Positions 32,079 to 44,315 of a stretch of 64,000 nt of DNA are shown here, piece after piece. A program made the position numbers and the translations under genes. The notes below the pieces were generated by a model, which saw nothing but the letters and a program-made list of their open reading frames with translations, made no database searches and was not told the origin of the DNA. Source of the stretch: Alphaproteobacteria bacterium (lineage in GTDB: Bacteria; Pseudomonadota; Alphaproteobacteria; GCA-2731375); assembly GCA_965225945.1 (NCBI GenBank), contig CBDDBZ010000033.1:192001-256000 (forward strand). Direction: 5' to 3'. The stretch's first letter is position 1. Each line of letters opens with the position of its first letter.

Positions 32079-32573
32079 TCAGCGCGTCAGGTCGATGGAG
32101 GGCGCCGGACCCGGCCTTTCGATCCGGTACACGGTCTCGCCCCGGTCCGTCCACACCTCGACCCGCCGGGGTTTGCTGGGGCCGCGAGACGCGGGACGTT
32201 CGCTCCCAGGCCCACGTCGCTCCCCGCCATTCGGGCGAGATGATGCATGGGACGACCGGTGCTCGACGCGGGAGCCCCAATCGTTGGAGTCGTGGCGTCG
32301 ACGATTTCCGTTCCCATGGTGGTCGTCGCGAGAGCGTCGATGGCCTCGGTGTCCCCGATGTTCGCGCTCTCGATCATCGAGGTCGAACCCAGCGGTACTA
32401 TCGTAACCCAGGAGGTAGAAGATCGGACTGGCACTGAAAAAGCCGTCGAGGCCGGCGCAGACCGGATGCTCACAGGAGCCGTTCTCGTCGTGGATTCTGT
32501 TGCCGGCGTGGCAACCCGCCAGCACGAGGGTAGCGAGAAATATGAGGGGCGTGACGACACGCGGCTTGACCAT
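32079..32573 (-). CDS. Hypothetical lipoprotein, His/Arg-rich
   Basis: RBS AAGGAG; lipobox LAGC; ends PSIDLTR. Confidence 0.7.
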   Translation of the reverse strand: MVKPRVVTPLIFLATLVLAGCHAGNRIHDENGSCEHPVCAGLDGFFSASPIFYLLGYDSTAGFDLDDREREHRGHRGHRRSRDDHHGNGNRRRHDSNDWGSRVEHRSSHASSRPNGGERRGPGSERPASRGPSKPRRVEVWTDRGETVYRIERPGPAPSIDLTR

Positions 32574-32685
32574 GGAATTCTCCTTCCGGCGCGCTGCGTC
32601 GGGCGACCTCGGTTCGCCGTCGTCGAGCGACGACTCGAAACGACCCTCCCGCTCGCCGAGCCCCGAGCCGAGCGGCACCACCCCC

Positions 32686-33251
32686 TCAGCGCGTCAGGTC
32701 GATGTTGGGGCCCGTAGCCGGGCTCTGGAACCGGTAGCGAGGCTTCCGCCGGTCTTTCCGCACCTCTACCCGCCGTGGTTCCGGCGCCACGCGGGCCTCG
32801 CGACGTTGCGCGCGCGACGGTCGGGCGACACATGGGACCTTCGGCGCTCGACCCGGCTCCGCCAAACCTCGGAGCGGGAGCGATGGCGACGCGAGACGCC
32901 ATGGCGGTTGCCACCGTGGCGGCCCTGGAAGTGGGGTTGACGGTGGAACGTGCCACCGTGCCAATGACCGCTGAACCGCCGGCGCGGCCGATGGCCCCAA
33001 CGATGAGGGCGATGATGGCGCTGCACGCGATGTGGCCGCCGGAGACCGGTATCGCCGAAGAAGGGGCGAGGATGGCGATACACGTGATGCGGCCGCCGGA
33101 GGCCGCTATTGCGGAAGAAGATGCAGAGCGGCCGATCGCAGAACGCCACCCCGCCACGGTAGCCCCGGCCACCGTGGCCGCCATCGGCGAGCGCCGGCGT
33201 CGCCAGCAAGGCGAAGAGCGCGAGAATGAGCGGTTTGTAGAACGATTTCAT
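32686..33251 (-). pseudogene. Secreted His/Arg-rich protein, frameshifted before the PRRVEV...IDLTR tail
   Basis: Signal peptide ending ALA-D; the tail lies in another frame, with a (CG)n run at about 32808-32816. Confidence 0.6.
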
Positions 33252-33488
33252 GAACCTTCTCCTTGGCCGGACCCGAGCACGGCTCGGTGTCGATGGCCCG
33301 CACCATGATGCCGGCCGCCTGAACCCAGGCTGAGGCTCGCATTCATTTTGCGTTCATCGCGATCACGATTTCGTGCGAGGACGAAGGGGGCCGGAGATGC
33401 GGGTTTTACCGGCGTTTTTGGCCGCAACCACGCCCGTGCTATATCCTCCCCGGCGCTTGGGGAAGGCCGAGCGCAAGGGGGGTAATCG

Positions 33489-35186
<1,698 letters not shown>

Positions 35187-35306
35187 GCGGGCACCCGGGG
35201 CTCGGCTCGCCGCTCCCGGCGGGCCGTGCATTATGGCCCCCCAGGTCGCACCCCCCAGGTCGGAAGCCCCTTTGCGCCTGATCGCCGAGTGGCTGGCGGC
35301 GGCGCC

Positions 35307-36029
35307 GTGAAGCGGTTCTACGACGCCGTGGCGGTCCAGCCGCTGGCCGACGGTGGCCACGAGATCGCGCTCGACGGCCGGCCGGTGCGCACGCCGCTCC
35401 GCGCCGCACTTCGCCTGCCGACGCTCGCGCTCGCCGAGGCCGTCGCCGAGGAATGGCGTGCCCAGGGCGAGGACATCGAGCCCGCGACGATGCCGATATC
35501 GACCCTCGCCAATACCGCGATCGATCGGGTCGGCGACGACCGCGAAGGGGTGATCGATGCCGTTGCCGCTTATGGCGAGACCGACATGGTGTGCTATCTT
35601 GCGGGCGAGCCTTCGAGTCTCGTCGCGCGCCAGGAGAGGCATTGGCGGCCGATCCGCGAATGGTTGGCGAGCGCGCACGGGATCGAGCTTCTGGCCACTG
35701 CCGGGATCATGCCGCTGGTGCAGGCCCCCGCGACGCTCGCCGCCCTGCGCCGGCTGATCGGCGCGCACGACGATATGGAACTCGCTGCGCTCTCCGAATT
35801 GACCACGCTTTCGGGCTCGCTCGCCATCGCGAATGCGCTCTCTTGGGGCGCCATCGACGTCGAGGCCGCCTGGATCGCGGCCGAGGTGGACGAGGCGCAC
35901 CAGGCCGAACTCTGGGGCCAGGACGAGGAGGCGATGGAGCGCCGCCGGCGCCGCGGCCGGGCATTCCGCGACGCGATGCGCTTCCTGACCCTGGCGCGAG
36001 GTGGACGCAGCGGAGGGCCGTCAGTATAA
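35307..36029 (+). CDS. ATP12 family chaperone
   Basis: KRFY, LDGRPVRTP, AEEW.AQ and ELWGQDEEA. Confidence 0.9.
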   Translation: MKRFYDAVAVQPLADGGHEIALDGRPVRTPLRAALRLPTLALAEAVAEEWRAQGEDIEPATMPISTLANTAIDRVGDDREGVIDAVAAYGETDMVCYLAGEPSSLVARQERHWRPIREWLASAHGIELLATAGIMPLVQAPATLAALRRLIGAHDDMELAALSELTTLSGSLAIANALSWGAIDVEAAWIAAEVDEAHQAELWGQDEEAMERRRRRGRAFRDAMRFLTLARGGRSGGPSV

Positions 36030-36084
36030 GTCGCGGGCCGTGGCCGGCACGGCCGCTTCCCGATGACGATGCAAGCCGCTCGAG

Positions 36085-37362
36085 ATGTTCGATATTCGTT
36101 GGATACGCAAGAATCCGGAAGCCTTCGACACCGGTCTCGCCAAGCGCGGGCTGGCGCCTTTGGCCGCTGATCTGGTCGCGCTGGACGGCGAGCGCCGGGC
36201 CGCGACGACGCAGGCGCAGGAAGCCCGCTCGCGGCGCAACGAGGCCTCGAAGCGGATCGGCAAGGCCAAGGCCGGCGGCGAGGACGCGAGCGCGCTGATC
36301 GCCGAAGTGGCGCGAGTGAAGCAAGGCCTGGCCGACGACGAGGCGCGAATTCGCGAGGTCGAGGGGCGCCTTCGCGAGCTTCTGGTCGCACTGCCCAATC
36401 TGCCGGCCGACGACGTGCCCCTCGGCGAAGACGAGGCGGCGAACGTCGAGGCGCGCCAGTGGGGCACGCCGCCCGCGTTCGACTTCGAGCCCAAGCAGCA
36501 TTTCGAGCTCGGCGAGGCGCTGGGCGAGATGGATTTCGAAACCGCCTCGCGCCTCTCGGGCGCGCGCTTCGTCGTGCTCAGCGGCCGGCTGGCGCGCCTG
36601 GAGCGCGCCCTGGCGCAGTTCATGCTCGACATCCACACCGAGGAATTCGGTTACACCGAGGTGAGCCCGCCTTATCTGGTCCGCGGGCACACCGCCTTCG
36701 GCACCGGCAACCTGCCCAAATTCGCGGACGACCTGTTTCGGACGGAGGAAGAACTCTATCTGATCCCGACGGCGGAGATGCCGCTCACCAACCTGGTGCG
36801 CGAGCGGATCTTGGAAGAGGCGGAACTGCCGCTCCGCTTTGTCGCGCACACGCCCTGCTTCCGCGCCGAAGCCGGGGCGGCCGGGCGCGATACCCGGGGC
36901 ATGATCCGCCTGCACCAGTTCGCCAAGGTCGAGCTGGTCTCCATCACCACGCCCGAGGCCTCAGGGCCTGAGCACGAGCGGATGACCGCCTGCGCTGAAG
37001 CCGTCTTGCAACGCCTCGAACTGCCCTATCGGGTGATGGTGCTGTCGAGCGGCGACATGGGCCCCGCGGCGCGCAAGACCTACGACCTCGAGGTGTGGTT
37101 GCCCGGCCAAGGTCTCTATCGGGAGATCTCGAGCTGTTCCGACTGCGGCGACTATCAGGCCCGGCGGATGGACGCGCGCTTCCGACCCGCCGAAGGCAAG
37201 GGCACCCGCTTCGTCCACAGCCTGAACGGGTCCGCGCTCGCGGTCGGCCGGACGCTGGTCGCCGTGCTGGAGAACCGTCAGACGGCCGACGGCTCGGTTA
37301 CGATTCCATCGGCGCTGCGCCCCTACATCGGCGGGTGGGAACGGATCGACGCCGATGGCTGA
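36085..37362 (+). CDS. serS: Serine--tRNA ligase
   Basis: [27 protein letters not shown] and [10 protein letters not shown]. Confidence 0.98.
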   Translation: MFDIRWIRKNPEAFDTGLAKRGLAPLAADLVALDGERRAATTQAQEARSRRNEASKRIGKAKAGGEDASALIAEVARVKQGLADDEARIREVEGRLRELLVALPNLPADDVPLGEDEAANVEARQWGTPPAFDFEPKQHFELGEALGEMDFETASRLSGARFVVLSGRLARLERALAQFMLDIHTEEFGYTEVSPPYLVRGHTAFGTGNLPKFADDLFRTEEELYLIPTAEMPLTNLVRERILEEAELPLRFVAHTPCFRAEAGAAGRDTRGMIRLHQFAKVELVSITTPEASGPEHERMTACAEAVLQRLELPYRVMVLSSGDMGPAARKTYDLEVWLPGQGLYREISSCSDCGDYQARRMDARFRPAEGKGTRFVHSLNGSALAVGRTLVAVLENRQTADGSVTIPSALRPYIGGWERIDADG

Positions 37363-38143
37363 CGTCGCCATCCCCGATCTCGGCCAGGCTCGCATCCTCG
37401 TCACCAACGACGACGGGATCCACGCGCCCGGCCTGAAGGTGCTGGAAAAGGTGGCGCGCGGACTTTCCAAGGACGTCTGGGTGGTGGCGCCGGAGACCGA
37501 GCAGAGCGGCGCCTCCCACTCGCTGAGCTTGACCGAGCCGCTGCGCGTTCGCCTGCAATCGCGCCGCCGCTACGCGGTGCGCGGCACGCCGACCGACTGC
37601 GTCCTGATGGCGCTGCACGAGATCCTGGTCGACCGGCCGCCGGACTTGGTGCTCTGCGGCGTCAATCGCGGCGCCAACATGGCCGAGGACGTGACTTATT
37701 CGGGCACCATCGCGGCGGCGATGGAGAGCACGCTCCTGGGCGTGGCGTCGATCGCCTTCAGCCAGTGCGTGGCGCCCGACCATCCGCCCAAATGGTCGAC
37801 CGCCGAGGCCCACGCGCCGAGCGTGATCCGCAAACTGGTGGCGGCCGGTTGGCCGAGCCGGGCCTTTATCAACGTGAACTTTCCCGACGTGCCCCACGCC
37901 GCCGTCACCGGCACGCGGATCTGCCGGCAGGGGAGGCGAGATTTCAACGATCTGCTGATCGATTCCCGGGTCGATCCGCGCGGCCAGCCTTACTATTGGC
38001 TCGGCTTCCGCCGCCAGGATGGCCGCCCGAAGCGCGATACCGATCTCGCCGTCGTGCTGGCGGGCGCCATCGCGGTGACGCCGCTGCAGCTCGATCTCAC
38101 CGACCGTCGGGCGATGAAGGCGCTCGGAGCCGTCCTCGAGTGA
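37355..38143 (+). CDS. surE: 5'/3'-nucleotidase SurE
   Basis: [15 protein letters not shown] and [10 protein letters not shown]. Confidence 0.97.
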   Translation: MADVAIPDLGQARILVTNDDGIHAPGLKVLEKVARGLSKDVWVVAPETEQSGASHSLSLTEPLRVRLQSRRRYAVRGTPTDCVLMALHEILVDRPPDLVLCGVNRGANMAEDVTYSGTIAAAMESTLLGVASIAFSQCVAPDHPPKWSTAEAHAPSVIRKLVAAGWPSRAFINVNFPDVPHAAVTGTRICRQGRRDFNDLLIDSRVDPRGQPYYWLGFRRQDGRPKRDTDLAVVLAGAIAVTPLQLDLTDRRAMKALGAVLE

Positions 38144-38778
38144 GCATCGAGGAAGACAAGATCGCGCTGGTCATGACCCTCCGCCGCGAGGGCATCACGG
38201 ATACCCGGGTGCTTTCGGCGCTGGAGCGGGTGCCACGCGGGGCCTTCGTGCCCGACGCCTTTCGCGATCGGGCCTACGAGAACATCGCGCTGCCCATCGG
38301 TCAGGGCCAGACCATCTCTCAGCCCTATGTGATCGCCTTCATGACCGCCGCGCTGGAGATCGGCGTGCGGATGAAGGTATTGGAGGTCGGCACCGGTTCC
38401 GGCTATCAGGCGGCCGTCCTGGCCCGGCTCTGTCGCCGGGTCTACACGGTGGAACGCCATCGCACGCTGCTCAGGGAGGCCGAGGCGCGCTTCCGGGCGC
38501 TCGATCTCCACAACGTCACCACCCGCTACGGCGACGGCCATGCCGGCTGGCCCGAGCAAGCCCCCTTCGACCGGATCATGCTGACGGCGGCGCCCAAAAA
38601 GATACCGGAAACCCTGTTGGCGCAGTTGGGCGAAAATGGGGTGCTGATCGCGCCGGTGGGTCGCCACGGCGATCAGGAGGTGGTGCGGGTGCGTCGCGTC
38701 GACGACGAGTTCGTGCAGGAAAGGCTGCTTCCCGTCCGCTTCGTGCCGATGGTGGCGGGTATCGCCCGTTCGGAATGA
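38140..38778 (+). CDS. pcm: Protein-L-isoaspartate O-methyltransferase
   Basis: GQTISQP, LEVGTGSGYQAAVL and APFDRI. Confidence 0.96.
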   Translation: MSIEEDKIALVMTLRREGITDTRVLSALERVPRGAFVPDAFRDRAYENIALPIGQGQTISQPYVIAFMTAALEIGVRMKVLEVGTGSGYQAAVLARLCRRVYTVERHRTLLREAEARFRALDLHNVTTRYGDGHAGWPEQAPFDRIMLTAAPKKIPETLLAQLGENGVLIAPVGRHGDQEVVRVRRVDDEFVQERLLPVRFVPMVAGIARSE

Positions 38779-38828
38779 GCCCGCCGGTGGCCGTTGCGAG
38801 GACGATGGGCGGCGCATAAGGTTCGCGC

Positions 38829-39890
38829 ATGATTCGTCGCATCCGGGCGCGGGCCTCGATGGTCTCGACGGCGTTCGCCGTCGTTGCGTCGTGCCTTGTG
38901 ATCGGCGCCTGCACGAGCGATCGGCCCGCTCCCCTCGTCGATCGCACGGAACCGACCGCGCCGATACCCGCGGCCCGGACACCCGCAGCCCCGATTCCGA
39001 CGGCGAAGCCATCTCAGCCCTGGCCCGGCGAACGCTATGTCGTGCAGCCGGGCGACACGGTCCATCTGATCGCCCGGCGTTAAGCGGTACCGCTTCGCGA
39101 CCTGTTGGCGGCGAACGCGATTGCCCCGCCCTATCGCTTGGCGGTGGGCCAGACGCTCCGCCTGCCCAGGTCCAAGCGCCATGTCGTCGTCGCCGGCGAT
39201 ACCGTTTCCGGGCTGGCGCGCGCCTACGGCGTGAGCCCGCGACGCCTGGTGGCCGCCAATCGCCTGGTGCCGCCCTATACCATCCACATCGGCCGGGAAC
39301 TGATCCTGCCCTCGACGATTCCCCGCCACGCGGCGCGACGGCCGACGCCAGGAGTCCGCGTGATCGCCGGCGCCCCCCCCATCCCCACGGCCAGGCCGAG
39401 GCGCGAGGCGCCAAGGGCGCGGCCGGCGCCGAAGCGGCCGCGCGAGCGCGCCGGATCGCGTTTCGCCTGGCCGGTCCGGGGCCGGGTGATTTCGCGCTAC
39501 GGGCCGAAGCCGGGGGGCCTCTACAACGACGGGATCAACATCGCCGCCGGCCACGGCACCGCCGTCCGCGCGGCCGAAAACGGCGTCGTCGCCTATGTCG
39601 GCAACGAACTCGGCGGCTTTGGCAACCTCTTGCTGGTCCGCCACGCCGGCGGCTGGATGACCGCCTATGCGCATAACAGCGAGATCGTGGTGAAACCGGA
39701 GGATCGCGTCCGCCGGGGTCAGGTGATCGCTCGGGTCGGCCGCACCGGCAACGTCGGCACGGCACAGCTCCATTTCGAGCTGCGCCGAGGCGAGGCGGCT
39801 GTCGATCCGCTGAAATACATGGCGCGCCGGGCCGAAGCGGGCGTGCGCTTCAGAGCCGCACCCCGCGACGGCCCGCGAGGTCCTGGATGA
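38829..39890 (+). pseudogene. nlpD: NlpD-like LysM/M23 lipoprotein with an in-frame TAA at 39081-39083
   Basis: Lipobox IGAC, two LysM motifs, M23 motifs NDGINI, YAHN and LHFE; same frame on both sides of the stop. Confidence 0.85.
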
Positions 39891-40710
39891 ACTGCCAGGC
39901 GACGCGCCCGTTGCGCCCGCCCCGCGTCATCGACCACTCGATCGCCTCCGCCTCCAGCTCGTCGTCCGGGATCTCGATGCCGTGGTGATCGCGGTAGCCC
40001 CGGATCATCTGGAAAAATTCGTCCTGGCTGCAGTTATGGAAGCCGAGCCAGAGCCCAAAGCGGTCCGACATCGAGACCTTCTCCTCCACCGCCTCGGAGG
40101 GGCTGATCGCGGTCGAACGCTCGTTCTCCATCATGTCGCGAGGCATCAGATGGCGGCGGTTGGAGGTGGCGTAGAAGATCACGTTCTCGGGCCGACCCTC
40201 GATCCCGCCCTCGAGCACCGCCTTCAGCGACTTGTAGCTGGTGTCGTCGTGATCGAAGGAGAGATCGTCGCAGAACAGGAGGCAGCGCAATTCGGCGCCG
40301 CGCATCAGCTTCAAGAGGCGCGGCAGCGAAGGCGTGTCCTCGCGGTGGATCTCGACCAGCTTGAGCCTGCCCGGATACTCGCCCGCGACCTCGGCGTGGA
40401 CCGCCTTCACCAGGCTGCTCTTGCCCATGCCCCTGGCGCCCCAGAGCAGCGCGTTGTTGGCCGGCAGCGCGCGGGCGAAGCGCCGCGTGTTCTCCAGCAG
40501 GATGTCGCGATTGCGCTCGATCCCCACCAGCAGGTCGATCTCGATCCGGCTGACTCGGGCGACGGGCTCCAGGATCTCGCCCTCGGGATGCCAGATGAAG
40601 GCGTCGGCGGCGGCCAAGTCGGCGGGCGCGAGCGGGGGCGGGGCGAGGCGCTCGAGCGCGGCCGCGACGCGTTGCAGGAGGGCTTGATTCTCCGCCGTGG
40701 TTTCCGACAT
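39850..40710 (-). CDS. DUF815 family AAA+ ATP-binding protein
   Basis: LLWGARGMGKSS, FCDDLSF and YATSNRRHL. Confidence 0.92.
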   Translation of the reverse strand: MSETTAENQALLQRVAAALERLAPPPLAPADLAAADAFIWHPEGEILEPVARVSRIEIDLLVGIERNRDILLENTRRFARALPANNALLWGARGMGKSSLVKAVHAEVAGEYPGRLKLVEIHREDTPSLPRLLKLMRGAELRCLLFCDDLSFDHDDTSYKSLKAVLEGGIEGRPENVIFYATSNRRHLMPRDMMENERSTAISPSEAVEEKVSMSDRFGLWLGFHNCSQDEFFQMIRGYRDHHGIEIPDDELEAEAIEWSMTRGGRNGRVAWQFIQDLAGRRGVRL

Positions 40711-40886
40711 GGGAGGCATGGTATCCGCAGTTGCCAGGCGCGCGGAACCTAGCACGGACTCGGGCCCGGTCAACCGCGCGCGGAAGGGGCAATTCATCGG
40801 CCAGGAGCGCCTAAGCCGTTGTTTGCAAATGCCGGGCGGGTCGCTATAGTCCCGCCGCCCCGGGGGCACCACAGGGAGAATTGGCG

Positions 40887-41330
40887 ATGTTCGTTTCCAC
40901 GGCGTACGCGCAGGCGGCCGGTGGCGCCGGCGGGAGCGATTTTCTCCTCCAGATGATGCCGCTGCTATTGATCTTCGTGATCTTTTGGTTTTTCCTCATC
41001 CGCCCGCAGCAGCGCAAGGCGAAGGAACACCGCGAGATGGTCTCGAACCTGAAGCGGAACGATCAGGTTCTGACCGAGGGCGGCATCATCGGCAAGGTGA
41101 CGAAGCTGCTCGACGAAGCCATGGTCCAGGTGGAGATCGCCGACAACGTCCGTGTTCGCGTCGCCCGCGCGAAGATCTCGGAAGTGATGAGCCGCACGCA
41201 GCCCGCCTCGGCCAAGGCCGACTCCAAGAAGGACGACGAGGGCGAGGCCAAGGACGACGGTGCCAAGACGGACGGTGCAAAGGCGAGCGGCGAGAAGAAG
41301 TCGATTTTCAGCTTCGGCCAGAAGAAATAG
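40887..41330 (+). CDS. yajC: Preprotein translocase subunit YajC
   Basis: FFLIRPQQRK and VLTEGGIIG. Confidence 0.95.
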   Translation: MFVSTAYAQAAGGAGGSDFLLQMMPLLLIFVIFWFFLIRPQQRKAKEHREMVSNLKRNDQVLTEGGIIGKVTKLLDEAMVQVEIADNVRVRVARAKISEVMSRTQPASAKADSKKDDEGEAKDDGAKTDGAKASGEKKSIFSFGQKK

Positions 41331-41347
41331 GCGACGGCCCACCCGCG

Positions 41348-42976
41348 ATGCTCTATTTCGCCCGCTGGAAGATCATTCTGGTCCTCTTGATTTGCCTCGC
41401 CGGAGTCGGCTTCACGGGGCCCAACTTCGTCGCCGAACGGACCGCCGAGGCTATCCCTGAGTGGCTGCCGCGCAACCAGATCAGCCTCGGCCTCGACCTC
41501 CAGGGCGGCTCTCACCTGTTGCTGGAGGTGGATGTCGACGCGGTCGTCGCCGAGCGGATGGAGAGCATCGAGGATGCGATCCGGAACGAATTCCGGAGCG
41601 ATCGCATCGGCTATCGCGGCCTCGGCGCCCATGCCGATTACGTCTCCGTCCAGATCCGCAAGCCGGAGCAGTTCGAGCGCGCCCTGGAGCTGGTGCGCGG
41701 CCTCGCCGCGCCGATCAGCTTCAACCCGCTGACCGGGCTCGGCGGCGGCCAGGACCTGGAGATCCAAGAGACGGGTGATGGCGGCATCGAGATCCGGCTA
41801 ACCGAGGCGGCGGTGAGCGAGCGCAAGAGTTCGGCCCTCGACCAGACGATCGAAATCATTCGCCGCCGGATCGACCAACTCGGCACCCGTGAGCCCACCA
41901 TCCAGCGCCAGGGGCAAGAACGGATCCTGGTCCAGCTTCCCGGCCTGCAAGATCCCGAGCGGGTCAAGACCATCCTCGGCAAGACCGCGAAGATGGTCTT
42001 CCGCCTGGTCGACGTCACCACCAGTGCGTCGAGCGTGCGTGCCGGTGGACGGCTTCCGCCGGGATCGCAACTGTTGGAGTCGGACGAACGCGGCCCCGAC
42101 GGCGAGCCGGCCGACTATTACGTCGTGCGCAAGCGGGTGATGGTGAGCGGCGACAAACTGGTCGATGCCCAAGCATCGACGGATTCGCGCACGGGCGAGC
42201 CGGTGGTGAGCTTCCGGTTCGATTCCTCCGGCGCCAAACAGTTCGGCAAGGTGACGCAGGAAAACGTCAACCGCCCCTTCGCCATCGTGCTCGACAACCG
42301 GGTGATCAGCGCGCCGGTGATCCGCGAGCCGATCCTGGGTGGCGCCGGCCAGATTTCCGGCAGCTTCACCTACCAGGAAGTGAACGACCTCGCCGTCCTG
42401 CTGCGCGCCGGCGCGCTGCCGGCCCCGATCAAAATTCTGGAGGAGCGTACGGTCGGACCCGCGCTGGGCGCCGACTCGATCGCCGCCGGCAAGATCGCCA
42501 GCATCATCGGCTTTGTCCTGGTGATGATCTTCATGGTGGTGGCCTATGGCATTTTCGGCATCGCCGCCGACATCGCGCTGATTTTGAACCTGTTCCTGAT
42601 CGTCGGTGCGCTGTCGGCACTTCAGGCGACACTGACGCTTCCCGGCATCGCCGGAATCGTGCTCACCATCGGCATGGCGGTGGACGCGAACGTGCTGGTG
42701 TTCGAGCGCATCCGCGAGGAGATACGGAGCGGAAAGACACCCTTCAACGCCATGGAGGCCGGCTATCGCCGCGCCATCGGCACCATCCTCGACGCCAACA
42801 TCACGACCTTCATCGCCGCCGCGATCCTCTTCGCCATGGGCTCCGGTCCGATCAAGGGTTTCTCCGTGACCTTGGCCATCGGGATCATCACCTCGGTCTT
42901 CACCGCCGTGTTCGTCACGCGGATGATGCTGGTCATCTGGCTGCGCCGCACCCGGCCGCAGACCCTGCCGATCTAG
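41348..42976 (+). CDS. secD: Protein translocase subunit SecD
   Basis: LGLDLQGG, LRAGALPAP and GMAVDANVL. Confidence 0.97.
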   Translation: MLYFARWKIILVLLICLAGVGFTGPNFVAERTAEAIPEWLPRNQISLGLDLQGGSHLLLEVDVDAVVAERMESIEDAIRNEFRSDRIGYRGLGAHADYVSVQIRKPEQFERALELVRGLAAPISFNPLTGLGGGQDLEIQETGDGGIEIRLTEAAVSERKSSALDQTIEIIRRRIDQLGTREPTIQRQGQERILVQLPGLQDPERVKTILGKTAKMVFRLVDVTTSASSVRAGGRLPPGSQLLESDERGPDGEPADYYVVRKRVMVSGDKLVDAQASTDSRTGEPVVSFRFDSSGAKQFGKVTQENVNRPFAIVLDNRVISAPVIREPILGGAGQISGSFTYQEVNDLAVLLRAGALPAPIKILEERTVGPALGADSIAAGKIASIIGFVLVMIFMVVAYGIFGIAADIALILNLFLIVGALSALQATLTLPGIAGIVLTIGMAVDANVLVFERIREEIRSGKTPFNAMEAGYRRAIGTILDANITTFIAAAILFAMGSGPIKGFSVTLAIGIITSVFTAVFVTRMMLVIWLRRTRPQTLPI

Positions 42977-42980
42977 AGGG

Positions 42981-43922
42981 ATGGCCATGCTGCGCGGATT
43001 GAAACTGGTTCCAAGCGACACCAAGATCCCCTTTATGAGCTGGCGGCGCTATGCGGTTCCGGCCTCCCTCGCCCTCGCACTTCTCTCGGTAATAGTCGCC
43101 TTCGTGCCCGGACTCAACTTCGGTATCGACTTCCGGGGCGGCATCTTGATCGAGGTTAGAACGCAGGGCCCGGCCGACCTCGGCCAAATGCGCGCTTCGC
43201 TCGGCGACCTCGGCCTCGGCGAGGTGGCGCTGCAGGAATTTGGCCAGGACACCGACGTGCTGATCCGCATCGAGCGCCAACCCGGCGACTCGGAGGCGCA
43301 GAACGCCGCGGTACAGAAGGTTCGCAACACCTTGGGCGAGGGGGTCGATTATCGCCGGGTGGAGTTCGTCGGCCCCAAGGTCAGCGGCGAGCTGATCGAG
43401 GCGGGCGCGATCGCGATCGTCCTCGCCATCGTGTTGATGCTGGTCTACATCTGGTTCCGCTTCGAGTGGCATTTCGGCTTGGGCGCGGTGATCGCCCTGA
43501 TCCACGACGTCTTGCTCTCCATCGGCTTCTTCGGGGTGACACAGCTCGAGTTCAATCTCTCGACCATCGCCGCGCTACTGACCATCGTCGGCTATTCGAT
43601 CAACGATACCGTGGTCGTCTACGACCGGGTGCGCGAGAACCTCCGGAAATATAAATCGACACCCTTGCTCGACGTCCTGAACCGGGCGATCAACGATACG
43701 CTCTCGCGCACCACCATGACCTCGCTGACGACGCTGCTGGCGCTGCTGGCGCTCTTTCTCTTTGGTGGCGAGGTGATCCGGGGCTTCGTCTCGGCGATGA
43801 TCTGGGGCGTCTTGATCGGCACCTATTCCTCCATCTTCATCGCCGCGCCCCTGCTCATGACCCTCGGCCTGGAGCGCCAGCGGGCCCGCGAGATCGGGGA
43901 GGAGGCCGGCGCGGCCGACTAG
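42981..43922 (+). CDS. secF: Protein translocase subunit SecF
   Basis: GIDFRGG and GYSINDTVVVYDRVRE. Confidence 0.97.
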   Translation: MAMLRGLKLVPSDTKIPFMSWRRYAVPASLALALLSVIVAFVPGLNFGIDFRGGILIEVRTQGPADLGQMRASLGDLGLGEVALQEFGQDTDVLIRIERQPGDSEAQNAAVQKVRNTLGEGVDYRRVEFVGPKVSGELIEAGAIAIVLAIVLMLVYIWFRFEWHFGLGAVIALIHDVLLSIGFFGVTQLEFNLSTIAALLTIVGYSINDTVVVYDRVRENLRKYKSTPLLDVLNRAINDTLSRTTMTSLTTLLALLALFLFGGEVIRGFVSAMIWGVLIGTYSSIFIAAPLLMTLGLERQRAREIGEEAGAAD

Positions 43923-43932
43923 AGCCTGAGCC

Positions 43933-44310
43933 ATGGACATCACCCCGCCCCCCGCCGCCGGCCACCAGGTGATCCAGGCCTACGGCGGCGGCGGCTTCCG
44001 GATCGCCGGCGCGCGACACGAAGGTGCGGTTCTGGTGCTGCCGGAGAAAACCCTTTCCTGGCCCCTCGCGGCACCGCCCGCGATCGACGCCGAAAGCCTG
44101 GCAGCACTTCGCGACACCGACCCTGGCGTCGAGCTGCTGCTGATCGGCACCGGGGCCCGGATGGCGCGGATCGAGACCGAATTGCGCCGGACCGTGAAGT
44201 CCTGGGGCATCGTGCTCGACGCCATGGACACCGGCGCGGCGTGCCGCACTTATAACGTCCTGATGCTGGAGGAGCGGCGCGTGGCGGCGGCGCTGCTGCC
44301 GGTCGACTGA
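43933..44310 (+). CDS. Mth938-like (DUF498) protein
   Basis: LLIGTG and MDTGAACRTYNVL. Confidence 0.92.
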   Translation: MDITPPPAAGHQVIQAYGGGGFRIAGARHEGAVLVLPEKTLSWPLAAPPAIDAESLAALRDTDPGVELLLIGTGARMARIETELRRTVKSWGIVLDAMDTGAACRTYNVLMLEERRVAAALLPVD

Positions 44311-44315
44311 CCGGT

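Noticed and set aside
39081-39083. Recoded stop in nlpD
   Set aside because: TAA is not used for Sec or Pyl, and the position is not a Cys site.
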